Part shown: positions 37,149-46,212 of the stretch, one piece after another | Position numbering within the stretch: the stretch's first letter is position 1 | How the letters are laid out: every line of letters begins with the position of its first letter | Assembly: GCA_964454845.1 (NCBI GenBank) | Contig: CAYVVS010000001.1 | Coordinates: 87,273-151,272, forward strand | DNA length: 64,000 bases | Direction of reading: 5' to 3' | DNA from: an uncultured Candidatus Saccharibacteria bacterium | Lineage (GTDB): Bacteria; Patescibacteriota; Saccharimonadia; CAILAD01; GCA-016700035 | Made by a program: the position numbers and the translations under genes | The notes under the pieces: generated by a model | What the model saw: the letters and a program-made list of their open reading frames with translations, nothing else | What the model was told of the DNA's origin: nothing | The model's database searches: none

Positions 37149-38294
37149 CTATGATATTCTGCGGTCGAGACGGTGGGCAAGGAATTCAATAATTGAACGG
37201 GCAGCTCCCGGGTTACTGAGAGCTGTAAGCCGGTCTATATAACTATCATAGTCCTTGTATATCTCATTGAGGGCCGTTACGATTTCACTGCTTTTGCGGG
37301 CAATATGTCCTAATCTATAGCGCTCAACGAGTTCAGCATTACCTTCTTCTTGTCCTGGAATAATTTTGTTTATCACTAGTGGTTTTTTTGCGGCAATACA
37401 CTCCATAACTGTGGATCCGCCAGCTTTTGTAATGACGATGTCGCTAGCTTTTATTAATTCCGGCATGTTTTGGGTCCAGCCGATGAGGCAACTGTGGGGG
37501 GCTGACCACATGGCGTCGTTTTGAATTTGCTTGTGCAGTTCTTTGTCTCGACCGGTAATAACAAGCAGGCTGTGGTTAGGATAGTTTGCAAGAATTGCCG
37601 AGCTGACACGTCGCACATACGAGGCACGCAGAGCCGAAGCACTGAATAAAATAATGTTTCGTTTTTTTGGCACACCCATATCCGTAAGAATGGTTTTTGC
37701 GTCTGAATTATTGGTCAAAAAACTTTCGTGTACTGGGTAGCCAAGGGCATGAATTTTGTCGTTTTGTACCCCTAAAGTATGTAGGCTAGATGCAGTTGGC
37801 TCATTGGAGACAATGTAGAAATCACTGTCCGGGATAACCCAAGATGAATGTACGGAAATTGAGTCGGTGATAAGTGTTGCAAATTCAACATCCGGGAAAT
37901 TCTTCTTAGATATCTGCAAGGCAAGGTATTGCCAAATCGGATAGTTTGAAATAATCAGGTCTGGGTGTTGGGAGGCTAGAATTTTCTTCAGATGACCTTG
38001 TCTCAAGGGGTAGCTTAAGAGATTGGCAAGACGTATAGGGGTATGCGTGATGTCGGTCGAGACGTACATCCATTTGTATAGGGCGGGTAGATGTTTTGTG
38101 TTGATCTCATACATTTTCTTTGAAGTTTTATTGAAAAGTTTGCCGATTTCTTCCGAGAAATCGATAATTTTTACATCAATATTATATTCAGGATGGTTTT
38201 GCGCAGCACTTTCTAGAGCTCGAGCGGTTGCCATATGCCCTTGCCCAAAAGATGAGGACAAGATAAGTATTGTTTTTTTTACACTATTAGCCAT
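37149..38294 (-). CDS. GT28 lipid glycosyltransferase (MGDG-synthase / UgtP-like diacylglycerol glycosyltransferase)
   Basis: N-terminal ILILSSSFGQGHMATARAL motif typical of MGDG_synth/UgtP and a C-terminal GT28 domain. Confidence 0.65.
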   Translation of the reverse strand: MANSVKKTILILSSSFGQGHMATARALESAAQNHPEYNIDVKIIDFSEEIGKLFNKTSKKMYEINTKHLPALYKWMYVSTDITHTPIRLANLLSYPLRQGHLKKILASQHPDLIISNYPIWQYLALQISKKNFPDVEFATLITDSISVHSSWVIPDSDFYIVSNEPTASSLHTLGVQNDKIHALGYPVHESFLTNNSDAKTILTDMGVPKKRNIILFSASALRASYVRRVSSAILANYPNHSLLVITGRDKELHKQIQNDAMWSAPHSCLIGWTQNMPELIKASDIVITKAGGSTVMECIAAKKPLVINKIIPGQEEGNAELVERYRLGHIARKSSEIVTALNEIYKDYDSYIDRLTALSNPGAARSIIEFLAHRLDRRIS

Positions 38295-39516
38295 GCTTCT
38301 TGAGCGTTCTCATGTAAATTTCTTCAAGCTTTGCTGCCTGTCTGTTAATGGTAAATTCAGAGGCCTTACTGTGTGCAGCATCTCCCATTCGCTTGCGTAA
38401 GCTTGGGTCATGAGCCAGTTTTAGTAGGGCTTCGCTAAATGCTTCGGGTTTTGGAGGGGCAAGTATACCGGAGACATTATTTTCGGCAACCAAGGAAATG
38501 TCGGGGTCGGAGTATACGAGGGGGACACGCATGTAGGCGGCTTCATTGAGAACGAGTGCTTGAGTGTCGGTCATAGATGGAAATGCAAAAATATCGGCGT
38601 AATTATAGCGCTCTAGTGCCTCTTTTCTTGGAAGGCCTCCAGTGGTGACGACGGCTCGACTAATGCCAAGTTCGCGAACTCGAGAGCGCATATGTGGGAG
38701 ATATGGGCCTGGGCCCACAACACATAGCCGAAGTGAGCTATCTTGCTTGTACGCAAGAGAAAACGCTTTTAAGAGTACATTCATATTCTTTTCTTTTGCT
38801 ACTCGACCAACGTATAAGATTGTTGTAGTTTTATCATCTTTTTGTTGTGTTGAGGTGCCATAGCGAGGGAATTCTTCAGGGTTCATCCCTGTTGGCAAGA
38901 TACTAATCGGTTTTGTAACCCCGTAGCTCACGAGTTTAGCTTGCATCTTTGACGAGGGAACAATGACTTCGTCAAAATGATCTACGGATGCCCGAATAAG
39001 ATTTTGCACCATTGTCTGATTCCATTGCTCGAAGGAGCGTTTTGGCCTTACTCCCTGTAGGGTTTCTGGCCAGGCTTTTGGTTGATTTACAAGTAAGGGG
39101 CCGATAAGTGAGGCGGTGAGAATGCCGGCCCACATACCGCGATACACTTTAGCGTACTCCTCGTAGTCGGTATGGTAGCTAAAGACGGATGGAATATTTC
39201 CCTCAAACATGAGGCGCATGCCAGCAAGTCCGGTTTGCCCATTGGTGTGGAAGTGGTAGAGGTCGGCGTTAAGGTCTTTAATAATGCGGCCGTATTTTGG
39301 CGTGAGTATGCCGTCCCGTAAGCCTTTATGCCATACACTCGGGATTGAAGGTAGGCGAATGACGTCAGGATGGTCGTGTACTGGTACATCGCTGCCTGGG
39401 GCAACGATATAGACCCGGTGGCCTCGGTCGCGCAGGGCATTGGCAAAAAGATCAATGGCGGCAGTAACCCCGTTGAGTGATGGGGCATAAAAGTCTGTAA
39501 AAAATACGATTTTCAT
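38287..39516 (-). CDS. Glycosyltransferase family 4
   Basis: GT4 N- and C-domains (…FAFPSMTDTQALVLNEAAYMRVPLV…). Confidence 0.65.
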   Translation of the reverse strand: MKIVFFTDFYAPSLNGVTAAIDLFANALRDRGHRVYIVAPGSDVPVHDHPDVIRLPSIPSVWHKGLRDGILTPKYGRIIKDLNADLYHFHTNGQTGLAGMRLMFEGNIPSVFSYHTDYEEYAKVYRGMWAGILTASLIGPLLVNQPKAWPETLQGVRPKRSFEQWNQTMVQNLIRASVDHFDEVIVPSSKMQAKLVSYGVTKPISILPTGMNPEEFPRYGTSTQQKDDKTTTILYVGRVAKEKNMNVLLKAFSLAYKQDSSLRLCVVGPGPYLPHMRSRVRELGISRAVVTTGGLPRKEALERYNYADIFAFPSMTDTQALVLNEAAYMRVPLVYSDPDISLVAENNVSGILAPPKPEAFSEALLKLAHDPSLRKRMGDAAHSKASEFTINRQAAKLEEIYMRTLKKHG

Positions 39517-40535
39517 GAGTAGTCACCAACAAGGCTTTTGTAGAGAGTTTCGTAGCGGTGCACAAGCGTCTTTGAGGCATACCGTAGGGATAGCTCTTCT
39601 GATAATTTTTGTTGTTTTTTATACATCGTAGGCTTTGTGACGAGGTCTACTATGTGGGAAGCAAACTCTTTATTCGTTTTTCCCTGCAAATAGGTGCCGG
39701 CGAAAATATCCTTGTACACAGGGATATCTCGCAAGATTACCGGCAAGCCACAGGCGGCAGCTTCAACTACCACGAGACCAAAAGTTTCTTGGTAGGAGGG
39801 TAGCCAGAATACGTCTGCAAGGTGATACAGTTTGCGGGCTGTTTCAAGCTCTACAACCCCTGTAAATGTTACGTTTTCTGGGGCTGAGGCCATCATCTGC
39901 TCCATGTCGGCAGTTTTGTCGGCGAATTTGCCAAATGGGATGCCGCCAATCCAGAGAAAGTGGTAGTCGGTAAGTTGCTCGGCAACTAGGCGCCAATCAG
40001 CTACACCTTTGCGGGGCTGTACTTGGCCGCTACAGACGACCACTGGCTTATCGGCGGGTACATTGAAGTGACGACGCAGGGCTGAGAGCTCATGTTCGGC
40101 GGGACGCTTAAAGTGGGATAGCTCTACCATATTGGGAATGACGCTCATCGGTTTGTGAATGCCAAGTTCTCTTAGCTCCATCTCGGTATTGGGGCTCACG
40201 CAGATGATATGGTCGGCCTGATTGTATACAAACTTGAGATACCAACGCGCAAACGGAGCCCACAACTTAGCGGCCCTGAGGCTACCGATAAAAGATCCAG
40301 GCGTCACGTGGGCATTAATAACTCGTCCGTGGGTGGCCTGGCGGAATTTGCGCCAACCATATGGGCCGACAGTATGCACGTGCACAATATCGGTTGGCCG
40401 CTTAGAGTTAATTTTTACTGTGTAATCTGTATAGCTCTTGAGGGCATTTACATGCTCCTCGAAGGCCGTGTGAACACCGTGCCCGCGAACAGTAAATACG
40501 CTCTCGCTAACGACATTCACGCTAAGTTGTTTCAT
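39513..40535 (-). CDS. Glycosyltransferase family 4
   Basis: GT4 C-terminal domain (…FWLPSYQETFGLVVVEAAACGLPVI…). ATGA overlap with the upstream GT4. Confidence 0.65.
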   Translation of the reverse strand: MKQLSVNVVSESVFTVRGHGVHTAFEEHVNALKSYTDYTVKINSKRPTDIVHVHTVGPYGWRKFRQATHGRVINAHVTPGSFIGSLRAAKLWAPFARWYLKFVYNQADHIICVSPNTEMELRELGIHKPMSVIPNMVELSHFKRPAEHELSALRRHFNVPADKPVVVCSGQVQPRKGVADWRLVAEQLTDYHFLWIGGIPFGKFADKTADMEQMMASAPENVTFTGVVELETARKLYHLADVFWLPSYQETFGLVVVEAAACGLPVILRDIPVYKDIFAGTYLQGKTNKEFASHIVDLVTKPTMYKKQQKLSEELSLRYASKTLVHRYETLYKSLVGDYS

Positions 40536-40594
40536 ACCTTAAATCCTACCATATTTCTCCAGAAAGCTTGAGAATTTACGCCTTGCCAGTAAAA

Positions 40595-40603
40595 TGGTAT
40601 AAT
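40595..40603 (+). promoter_or_regulatory. Extended -10 (TGGTATAAT) promoter for tmRNA
   Basis: TGGTATAAT ends 10 nt before the tmRNA 5' G. Confidence 0.55.
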
Positions 40604-40613
40604 ACATGTTCTT

Positions 40614-41016
40614 GGGGCTGACTATTAGCTTCGACAGAGTGATCATTGACAAGCATAACTTGCAGGCCGGGTTGAGATGAACGTTATCCGTCTCAAACCA
40701 ATAAGTGTAAACTCACTTGCAAGCAAGGTACGCAGTGCTTTTTCAGCACCCGCTCTTGCACCAGCTTTCGCCTAAACCCGAAAGCCACCCAGTAAGCTTA
40801 CGCCAACTGTAGCTTCGTCGGGTGTCATACCTTTGTTGGCTGCCCATGATGTGTTCTGCGTCCGCAGCATGGTAAGTTACCAGATTGCAGGAAAGGCTCG
40901 GGGATTGGTTCGCTTGTTCTCCCGTCGTCTTTCTCAAAACACGTAAGCGAACTAAGCTTGTAGACAGTATGCGAGTCACACACTGGACGAGGGTGCGATT
41001 CCCTCCAGCTCCACCA
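40614..41016 (+). ncRNA. ssrA: tmRNA (SsrA)
   Basis: 5' GGGGCUGACUAUUAGCUUCGACAGAGUG… and 3' tRNA-like end …GGACGAGGGUGCGAUUCCCUCCAGCUCCACCA (acceptor GGGGCUG/CAGCUCC, T-arm). Internal tag-like reading frame …SAFSAPALAPAFA then UAA. Confidence 0.8.
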
Positions 41017-41123
41017 TAAATGGATCAGCGATTTTTCGTTGGTCTTTTTATTTTGGTCAAAATTTATTGATATGCCTCTTTGAGGGAAACCAGATATACT
41101 TAAAGGTGACAAAGGAGGTGACT

Positions 41124-41927
41124 ATGACAATGCCAATTGATCTCGTACTGGTTAGGCACGGACAGTCTGAACAGAACAAGGCTTTAAAAGCAGTGAGGAG
41201 CGGCAATCAGTCGCTTATTACTCACGGATTTTTACATACTCCAGATTCTCAATTTCGTTTGAGTGGGCTTGGTAGAGAACAGGCTAAGATAACCGGCAAA
41301 TGGTTACAGGAGAAAGGATTGGGGTTTTTTGATCGGCGCTACGTTTCAGACTATGTCCGTGCAAAAGAAACAGCCGCACTCCTAGATTTGGAGGGTCCAA
41401 ATTGGTACGTTGAACCTACTTTACGCGAGCGTGAATGGGGTGTGCTTGATTCGTTGAGCTGGGAAGAGCGTGAAGAAAAGATGATTATTGAATCTCGCAA
41501 AAAGGAAACGGATCCATTCTATTGGGTTCCACCCAACGGCGAATCCATTGCTCAGATGACGGTGCGTCTGCGAGGGCTTCTCGATACACTCCACCGCGAA
41601 TGTAGCGATAAGCGGGTGATTGTTGTGTGCCATGGAGAAGTTATGTGGGGCATGCGTTTTATGCTTGAGAGGATGTCTACTACAAAATGGATACAGTTAG
41701 AGCGGTCAAAAGAGCCTGGAGTAAAAATTTACAACTGCCAAGTGCTGCATTATACGCGTCGCAATCCGAGTAACGGGGAACTTTCGGCTCATCTAGATTG
41801 GTTTCGTTCGGACTGCCCTCAGCAGCCAGAGAATTGTGGTCCTGGATGGCAGCAAGTTGAGCGGGAGACATTTACCAATGAAGAGCTTCTGAAGCAGGCC
41901 GAGCAAGCCCCACAACTTTTTGAATAA
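41124..41927 (+). CDS. Histidine phosphatase family protein (phosphoglycerate-mutase-like)
   Basis: LVRHGQSEQN (RHG catalytic motif) and a downstream VVCHGEV histidine. Strong SD AAAGGAGGTG. Confidence 0.7.
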   Translation: MTMPIDLVLVRHGQSEQNKALKAVRSGNQSLITHGFLHTPDSQFRLSGLGREQAKITGKWLQEKGLGFFDRRYVSDYVRAKETAALLDLEGPNWYVEPTLREREWGVLDSLSWEEREEKMIIESRKKETDPFYWVPPNGESIAQMTVRLRGLLDTLHRECSDKRVIVVCHGEVMWGMRFMLERMSTTKWIQLERSKEPGVKIYNCQVLHYTRRNPSNGELSAHLDWFRSDCPQQPENCGPGWQQVERETFTNEELLKQAEQAPQLFE

Positions 41928-41982
41928 TTTATGTTGGCTATGTTTGACTCTTGGTTACAACCGGTAAATACTGGGAGGGTTA

Positions 41983-42405
41983 TTGCACCTTGTCCTAGGA
42001 GTAACTATGGAGCAGGCGACCCTTACGGAGCCAGCAACACTCATAGTCGAACCTGACTTCACTAGGGATAGCGGCTGGAGGCTGACGTTTTCCAAGTCGC
42101 TATTGAACGCGGGCGAATGGACCGCACGCCGAGCAAGAAAGTTGAGTGACTGTGAAGTCCAAGAGATGGCGCGTGGCAAGTATTTCACCTACGATGGTGG
42201 CTTGATACTGCGCGCATTCCTGAATGAAGGGCGTCGTATCGAGGTGTTGGTTGATCCCGACGCGCCCAACATGTTGTTGATCGAGCCGGCTGAAGAGATG
42301 GATAGTATCAGTCTTGAGATCAGTTTCCGTTGCTGCATCAGTATGATTTCTGATGCTTTTAAGTTTGAGCGCCTGCTTGAAGTTGATGTACGCTATATCG
42401 AGTAG
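41983..42405 (+). CDS. Hypothetical protein (locally GC-richer)
   Basis: ORF with GC3-rich codon usage relative to its neighbours. Confidence 0.35.
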   Translation: MHLVLGVTMEQATLTEPATLIVEPDFTRDSGWRLTFSKSLLNAGEWTARRARKLSDCEVQEMARGKYFTYDGGLILRAFLNEGRRIEVLVDPDAPNMLLIEPAEEMDSISLEISFRCCISMISDAFKFERLLEVDVRYIE

Positions 42406-42494
42406 GTGGCTGGTTGAGCTTGTAAACAGTCCGATTCATATCGGGCTGTTTTTATTGCGTAAAGCTGCTTAAGGTTGTAAAAACATCAACATAA

Positions 42495-42899
42495 TTGTAT
42501 AAATATACTGTTTCGCACCTCGAAGAAAGTAGAATAATGAGCTGCATTACCCTCGATATCTGGAAGAATTATAAAGGTACCGGCAGGTGGCTCTTGGCTT
42601 GCTCGGAGGAGCTCTTTATGCCGGAACTCGTAACTTCAACAAGCTATAAGGCTGAAGAGTTAGGTAGCCTTGAAGCAGGCTTGTTTCCTGTTGGGAGACT
42701 GATTGTTGCTGCTTTGGGCACTTTTCATGGGGTGACGACACACTTCAATCCGGAGCAGCCTCGCGCAGTTGAGTTTGAGGCACCCTCGGGCGTAGAGCCA
42801 GCAATCGTCGAGAGTAGGTTTCGTCAGTGTATTGATTTGCTCACCGTCTCAATCGCTATGGAGACCGGCAATACTCTATTCGGAAGTTACCGAGACTGA
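42495..42899 (+). CDS. Hypothetical protein
   Basis: ORF of 134 aa. Confidence 0.35.
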   Translation: MYKYTVSHLEESRIMSCITLDIWKNYKGTGRWLLACSEELFMPELVTSTSYKAEELGSLEAGLFPVGRLIVAALGTFHGVTTHFNPEQPRAVEFEAPSGVEPAIVESRFRQCIDLLTVSIAMETGNTLFGSYRD

Positions 42900-42908
42900 G
42901 AGGAATTT

Positions 42909-43184
42909 ATGCCACAATATCCAATCCTCGATGAATGTACGCGTCATGAGAATGGTGAGCTCACCCATAACACGTGTGGGACCAAGATCATGACTGCTAC
43001 CGTGCGCCATCCTGTGCACGATGGGCCACTCCCTCTTTCTGGGAGTGGCGAAGTAGATATCGAGCTGGTGCCGTACTGCCCGGCGTGTGAAGAGCGGCCA
43101 AGCGAACAGGGTGCGTCAGTCCGGCAGCGTCAGGTAGATGCCAACGAGGCAGCCATTCTGCGGAACATGCGCGAACAGCGCTAG
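42909..43184 (+). CDS. Hypothetical small Cys-containing protein
   Basis: 91 aa, C…C and CPAC pairs. SD GAGAGGAA upstream. Confidence 0.35.
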   Translation: MPQYPILDECTRHENGELTHNTCGTKIMTATVRHPVHDGPLPLSGSGEVDIELVPYCPACEERPSEQGASVRQRQVDANEAAILRNMREQR

Positions 43185-43331
43185 CCCTTACGGGTAGTCC
43201 TATTGGACTGCCTGTTTTTTATTCGAGAACCTAAACTCGACTTTACTAGACGAAAATCCCCCTCTGGTACAAGCTTATGGTGGACGCAGCGCGCATAGTC
43301 CTCTCATAATCAGTAACAGGAGAGAAGACGA

Positions 43332-44042
43332 ATGAGTTTAGATATTACGATTCATAGTGCTCAGACGAGCATCTTGCGGGAGCTACTATTTCACCCGCAG
43401 GCAAATTATGCGGCGCTACAAAAGCCTACTGGGCTGACGAGTGATCATTTTAATTTTCATATTTCACGGTTGGTTGAACTGGGGCTGGTTAAAAAGACCG
43501 CTCGTGGCATGTATTCACTTACTATCAGGGGAAAAGAGTACGCTAACCGTTTAGATACGGATAATAATACGGTAGAACGACAGCCAAAGACAGCGGTTTT
43601 ACTCGCGATTGAGCGCGAAGTGGATGGCGAGCGCCAATGGGTGTTTCAGCAGCGGTTAAAGAACCCGTACTTTGGTTTCTGGGGCTTGCCGAGCGGTAAG
43701 ATTCGCTGGGGCGAGACAGTGGTGCAGACTGCTGAGCGAGAAAGCCTGGAAGAAACTGGCTTGAGTGCGGATTGGCGGGTGGCTGGTGTGTATCACGAGA
43801 TAGTCGTACAGAAAGAAACGGGCGAGATGCTAGAGGACAAAATATTTTTTGTAGTGCATGGATTGAATCCAAAAGGTAAGCTACAAGAGGATTTTGAAGG
43901 TGGTCACAATGAGTGGCTAGTGCGAGAAACGGCTAACGGACAAGAGAAGATATTTGATAGTTTTAATATCGAGCTTGATATGGTGGATAGTGGTGAATGG
44001 CTGATAGAGCGGACAACGAGCTATAGCGAGGATGTATTTTAA
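43332..44042 (+). CDS. NUDIX hydrolase with N-terminal winged-helix domain
   Basis: Nudix box GKIRWGETVVQTAERESLEETGL. N-terminal wHTH (…ILRELLFHPQANYAAL…LVELGLVKK…). SD AGGAGAGAAG upstream. Confidence 0.7.
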   Translation: MSLDITIHSAQTSILRELLFHPQANYAALQKPTGLTSDHFNFHISRLVELGLVKKTARGMYSLTIRGKEYANRLDTDNNTVERQPKTAVLLAIEREVDGERQWVFQQRLKNPYFGFWGLPSGKIRWGETVVQTAERESLEETGLSADWRVAGVYHEIVVQKETGEMLEDKIFFVVHGLNPKGKLQEDFEGGHNEWLVRETANGQEKIFDSFNIELDMVDSGEWLIERTTSYSEDVF

Positions 44043-44120
44043 GCTTGCATTCCAGTTAAGAGGGGCTACAATAACACAATGTAGTTTTGTACCTAGACCC
44101 TTATCCTGATTGGATATTCA

Positions 44121-44444
44121 ATGATCCTCACTATTATTGGCTTTTTGCTGATAGCAATCTCAGCTACTTACGCGATTGCAGCGTATGCTGTCTTGGAGGA
44201 GAAGCCTCCTCCGGCGGAGAAACTGGCGGAGAAATTGCGAATTAGTTTGGCTGTGGCATGCGTTGTTCTGGTTGTGGGTCTGATTTTTCTCAGAAGTCTT
44301 CCCATGGCTCTTGCAACGATTGGCACTCTGTTATTGGTGCTGCCATTGCGGTGGAAATACAGTGTCACCTTGTTCATCGCGGTGACACTGATGGGGCTCT
44401 CAATCGTAATCCAATATAGCTGGGTTCTTCAGCCCTCCTCCTAG
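44121..44444 (+). CDS. Hypothetical small membrane protein (3 TM)
   Basis: Hydrophobic 107-aa ORF. GGCTACAAT -10-like motif 49 nt upstream. Confidence 0.4.
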   Translation: MILTIIGFLLIAISATYAIAAYAVLEEKPPPAEKLAEKLRISLAVACVVLVVGLIFLRSLPMALATIGTLLLVLPLRWKYSVTLFIAVTLMGLSIVIQYSWVLQPSS

Positions 44445-44454
44445 TTGAGGAGGG

Positions 44455-46212
44455 CTAATTCGTAACTACGACAGTTTTTTCACTGGACATACTTTGTATG
44501 CCCATATTGGTAGTGATGTAGTTTTGGAGTATCCAGGTTCCTACGGTCAGGCCAGCAGTCGCAATATCTTGCTGCAGGCTTCGTGTGCCGCTTGGAGCGA
44601 GTCCGGTAGAAATACTAACCATTTGATTAGTAGAAATATTTATAGCACGTGTTGTGCATATTACATCAATAAGTACAGATGAACATGTGGAGTTAAATTT
44701 ATCATATTCATAACCTGTGAGCTCTGTATCGAGTTCAGTAAGGGATATGCGCGAGGCAGTGAGCGGTGAGCCGATAGTCGATGTAGCAGATACATCATTA
44801 AGGGTTGCATAAGTATTTAGAAGGCCATATCCATAGAGACTGGTGAAGTTTGCATTGTTCATGGACGCAAGTTTAGTTGTAGTTCCGGTTAGGGCAGCGC
44901 TGACTTGAGCGGGGGTGAGTGTAGGATTTTGCGAAAGCAGCAGTGCTGCGGCACCAGCAACCAGCGGACTAGAGAATGATGTCCCACTTAGGCCACAAGC
45001 ATTGAGGCCTGTTTGTGCAGAGTTCGTCCAGACAGTTGAGCACAGCCCAGAACCAGGAGCTACTAGGTCCAAATTACTCCCATAGTTAGAAAAATTAGCA
45101 AGCGAATTATTGGAGTTCGTGGCGCCGACTGCAATTACACTTGGGTAGCGAGCTGGGTAGGAAATACAGTTACAGCCATCGTTTCCAGATGCGGCCACCA
45201 CGACCACATCATTTTGTGTTGCGTAATCTATTTGTTCGGACACCAAAGGATCATCTGCTGCTGCACCTAAGCTCATATTAATAATGTCGGTACCATGATC
45301 TACTGCGTAACGTATGCCAAGTGCTACAGATATTGTGTAGCCATCTCCGTAATCATCAAGAGCTTGAATAGGGAGAATTTTTGCGCCCCAGCTCATGCCT
45401 GCTCCACCTGAGCCATTATTGGCTTGCGCTGCTATCAGGCTGGAAACAGCAGTGCCATGATAGGCTCCGCTTGCATTTGGGGCGGTTTGTCCCGCACTTA
45501 CATCGTTTGTATCACCGCTAAAATTCCAACCAAGGTAGTTATCTGTATATCCATCATTGTCATCGTCGATATTATTACAACGTTTATTTACAGATAGGGA
45601 GCGACTTGTACAGTTAGGAGCTGGGCCTTCATTGGTGGTCGCACCAACTTCTTCGCTGTTTTCAGCCCACTTACTTGCTAGGTCTGTGACTTGCACGCCA
45701 AAGCCAGTATCTATTACAGCTACTTTCACGGAGGAATTACCAGGTTGATGGTTCCAAGCTGGAAGAGTATTTGTATTTGTGAAGTGCCACTGATTAGTAG
45801 TGAGAGGGTCGGTTGGTGTCAGAAAAGCCGAGTAGCGCTGGTTAATAAATGTTCTTACTCCCGAAGAGGCAATGATATTTTGAGCGCGTACACCGTATAC
45901 GCCTAGGGCTTCGATCGGTGTTAGGTCTGACTCAGATAGTGCGTTTTGGGCTATAAACCTTTGTTTTGCGGCCTCACTTTCGAAACGAACTAGCTGTGGT
46001 AGCTGCTTTTCGTCTTTTTTTGCAAGCGGTTCAGCGAGTTTTGGGTTAGTGGAGTTTTTTGGCGATTGAGTGGCTTGGGTTGTAGGTGTGCTAGAAGTAT
46101 CTTGTCGGGACTGATGTTGGGGAGCCTGGGTGGGGGCAGCGAGAGCCGCCATTGATAGACACAATATGGTTACGTATATGAGGCTTCGCTGAATTTTATT
46201 TGGCTGGCTCAT
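44455..46212 (-). CDS. Secreted subtilisin-like serine protease (peptidase S8)
   Basis: Signal peptide. Catalytic triad motifs D (…VAVIDTG…), H (…AYHGTAVSSLIAA…) and S (…GLSGTSFSSPLVAGAAALLLS…). ATG overlaps the stop of the upstream giant kinase gene (ATGA on the minus strand). Confidence 0.8.
   Translation of the reverse strand: MSQPNKIQRSLIYVTILCLSMAALAAPTQAPQHQSRQDTSSTPTTQATQSPKNSTNPKLAEPLAKKDEKQLPQLVRFESEAAKQRFIAQNALSESDLTPIEALGVYGVRAQNIIASSGVRTFINQRYSAFLTPTDPLTTNQWHFTNTNTLPAWNHQPGNSSVKVAVIDTGFGVQVTDLASKWAENSEEVGATTNEGPAPNCTSRSLSVNKRCNNIDDDNDGYTDNYLGWNFSGDTNDVSAGQTAPNASGAYHGTAVSSLIAAQANNGSGGAGMSWGAKILPIQALDDYGDGYTISVALGIRYAVDHGTDIINMSLGAAADDPLVSEQIDYATQNDVVVVAASGNDGCNCISYPARYPSVIAVGATNSNNSLANFSNYGSNLDLVAPGSGLCSTVWTNSAQTGLNACGLSGTSFSSPLVAGAAALLLSQNPTLTPAQVSAALTGTTTKLASMNNANFTSLYGYGLLNTYATLNDVSATSTIGSPLTASRISLTELDTELTGYEYDKFNSTCSSVLIDVICTTRAINISTNQMVSISTGLAPSGTRSLQQDIATAGLTVGTWILQNYITTNMGIQSMSSEKTVVVTN

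Noticed and set aside
40743-41112. Minus-strand ORFs 40743-40979 and 40825-41112
   Set aside because: They lie within or antisense to tmRNA (SsrA).
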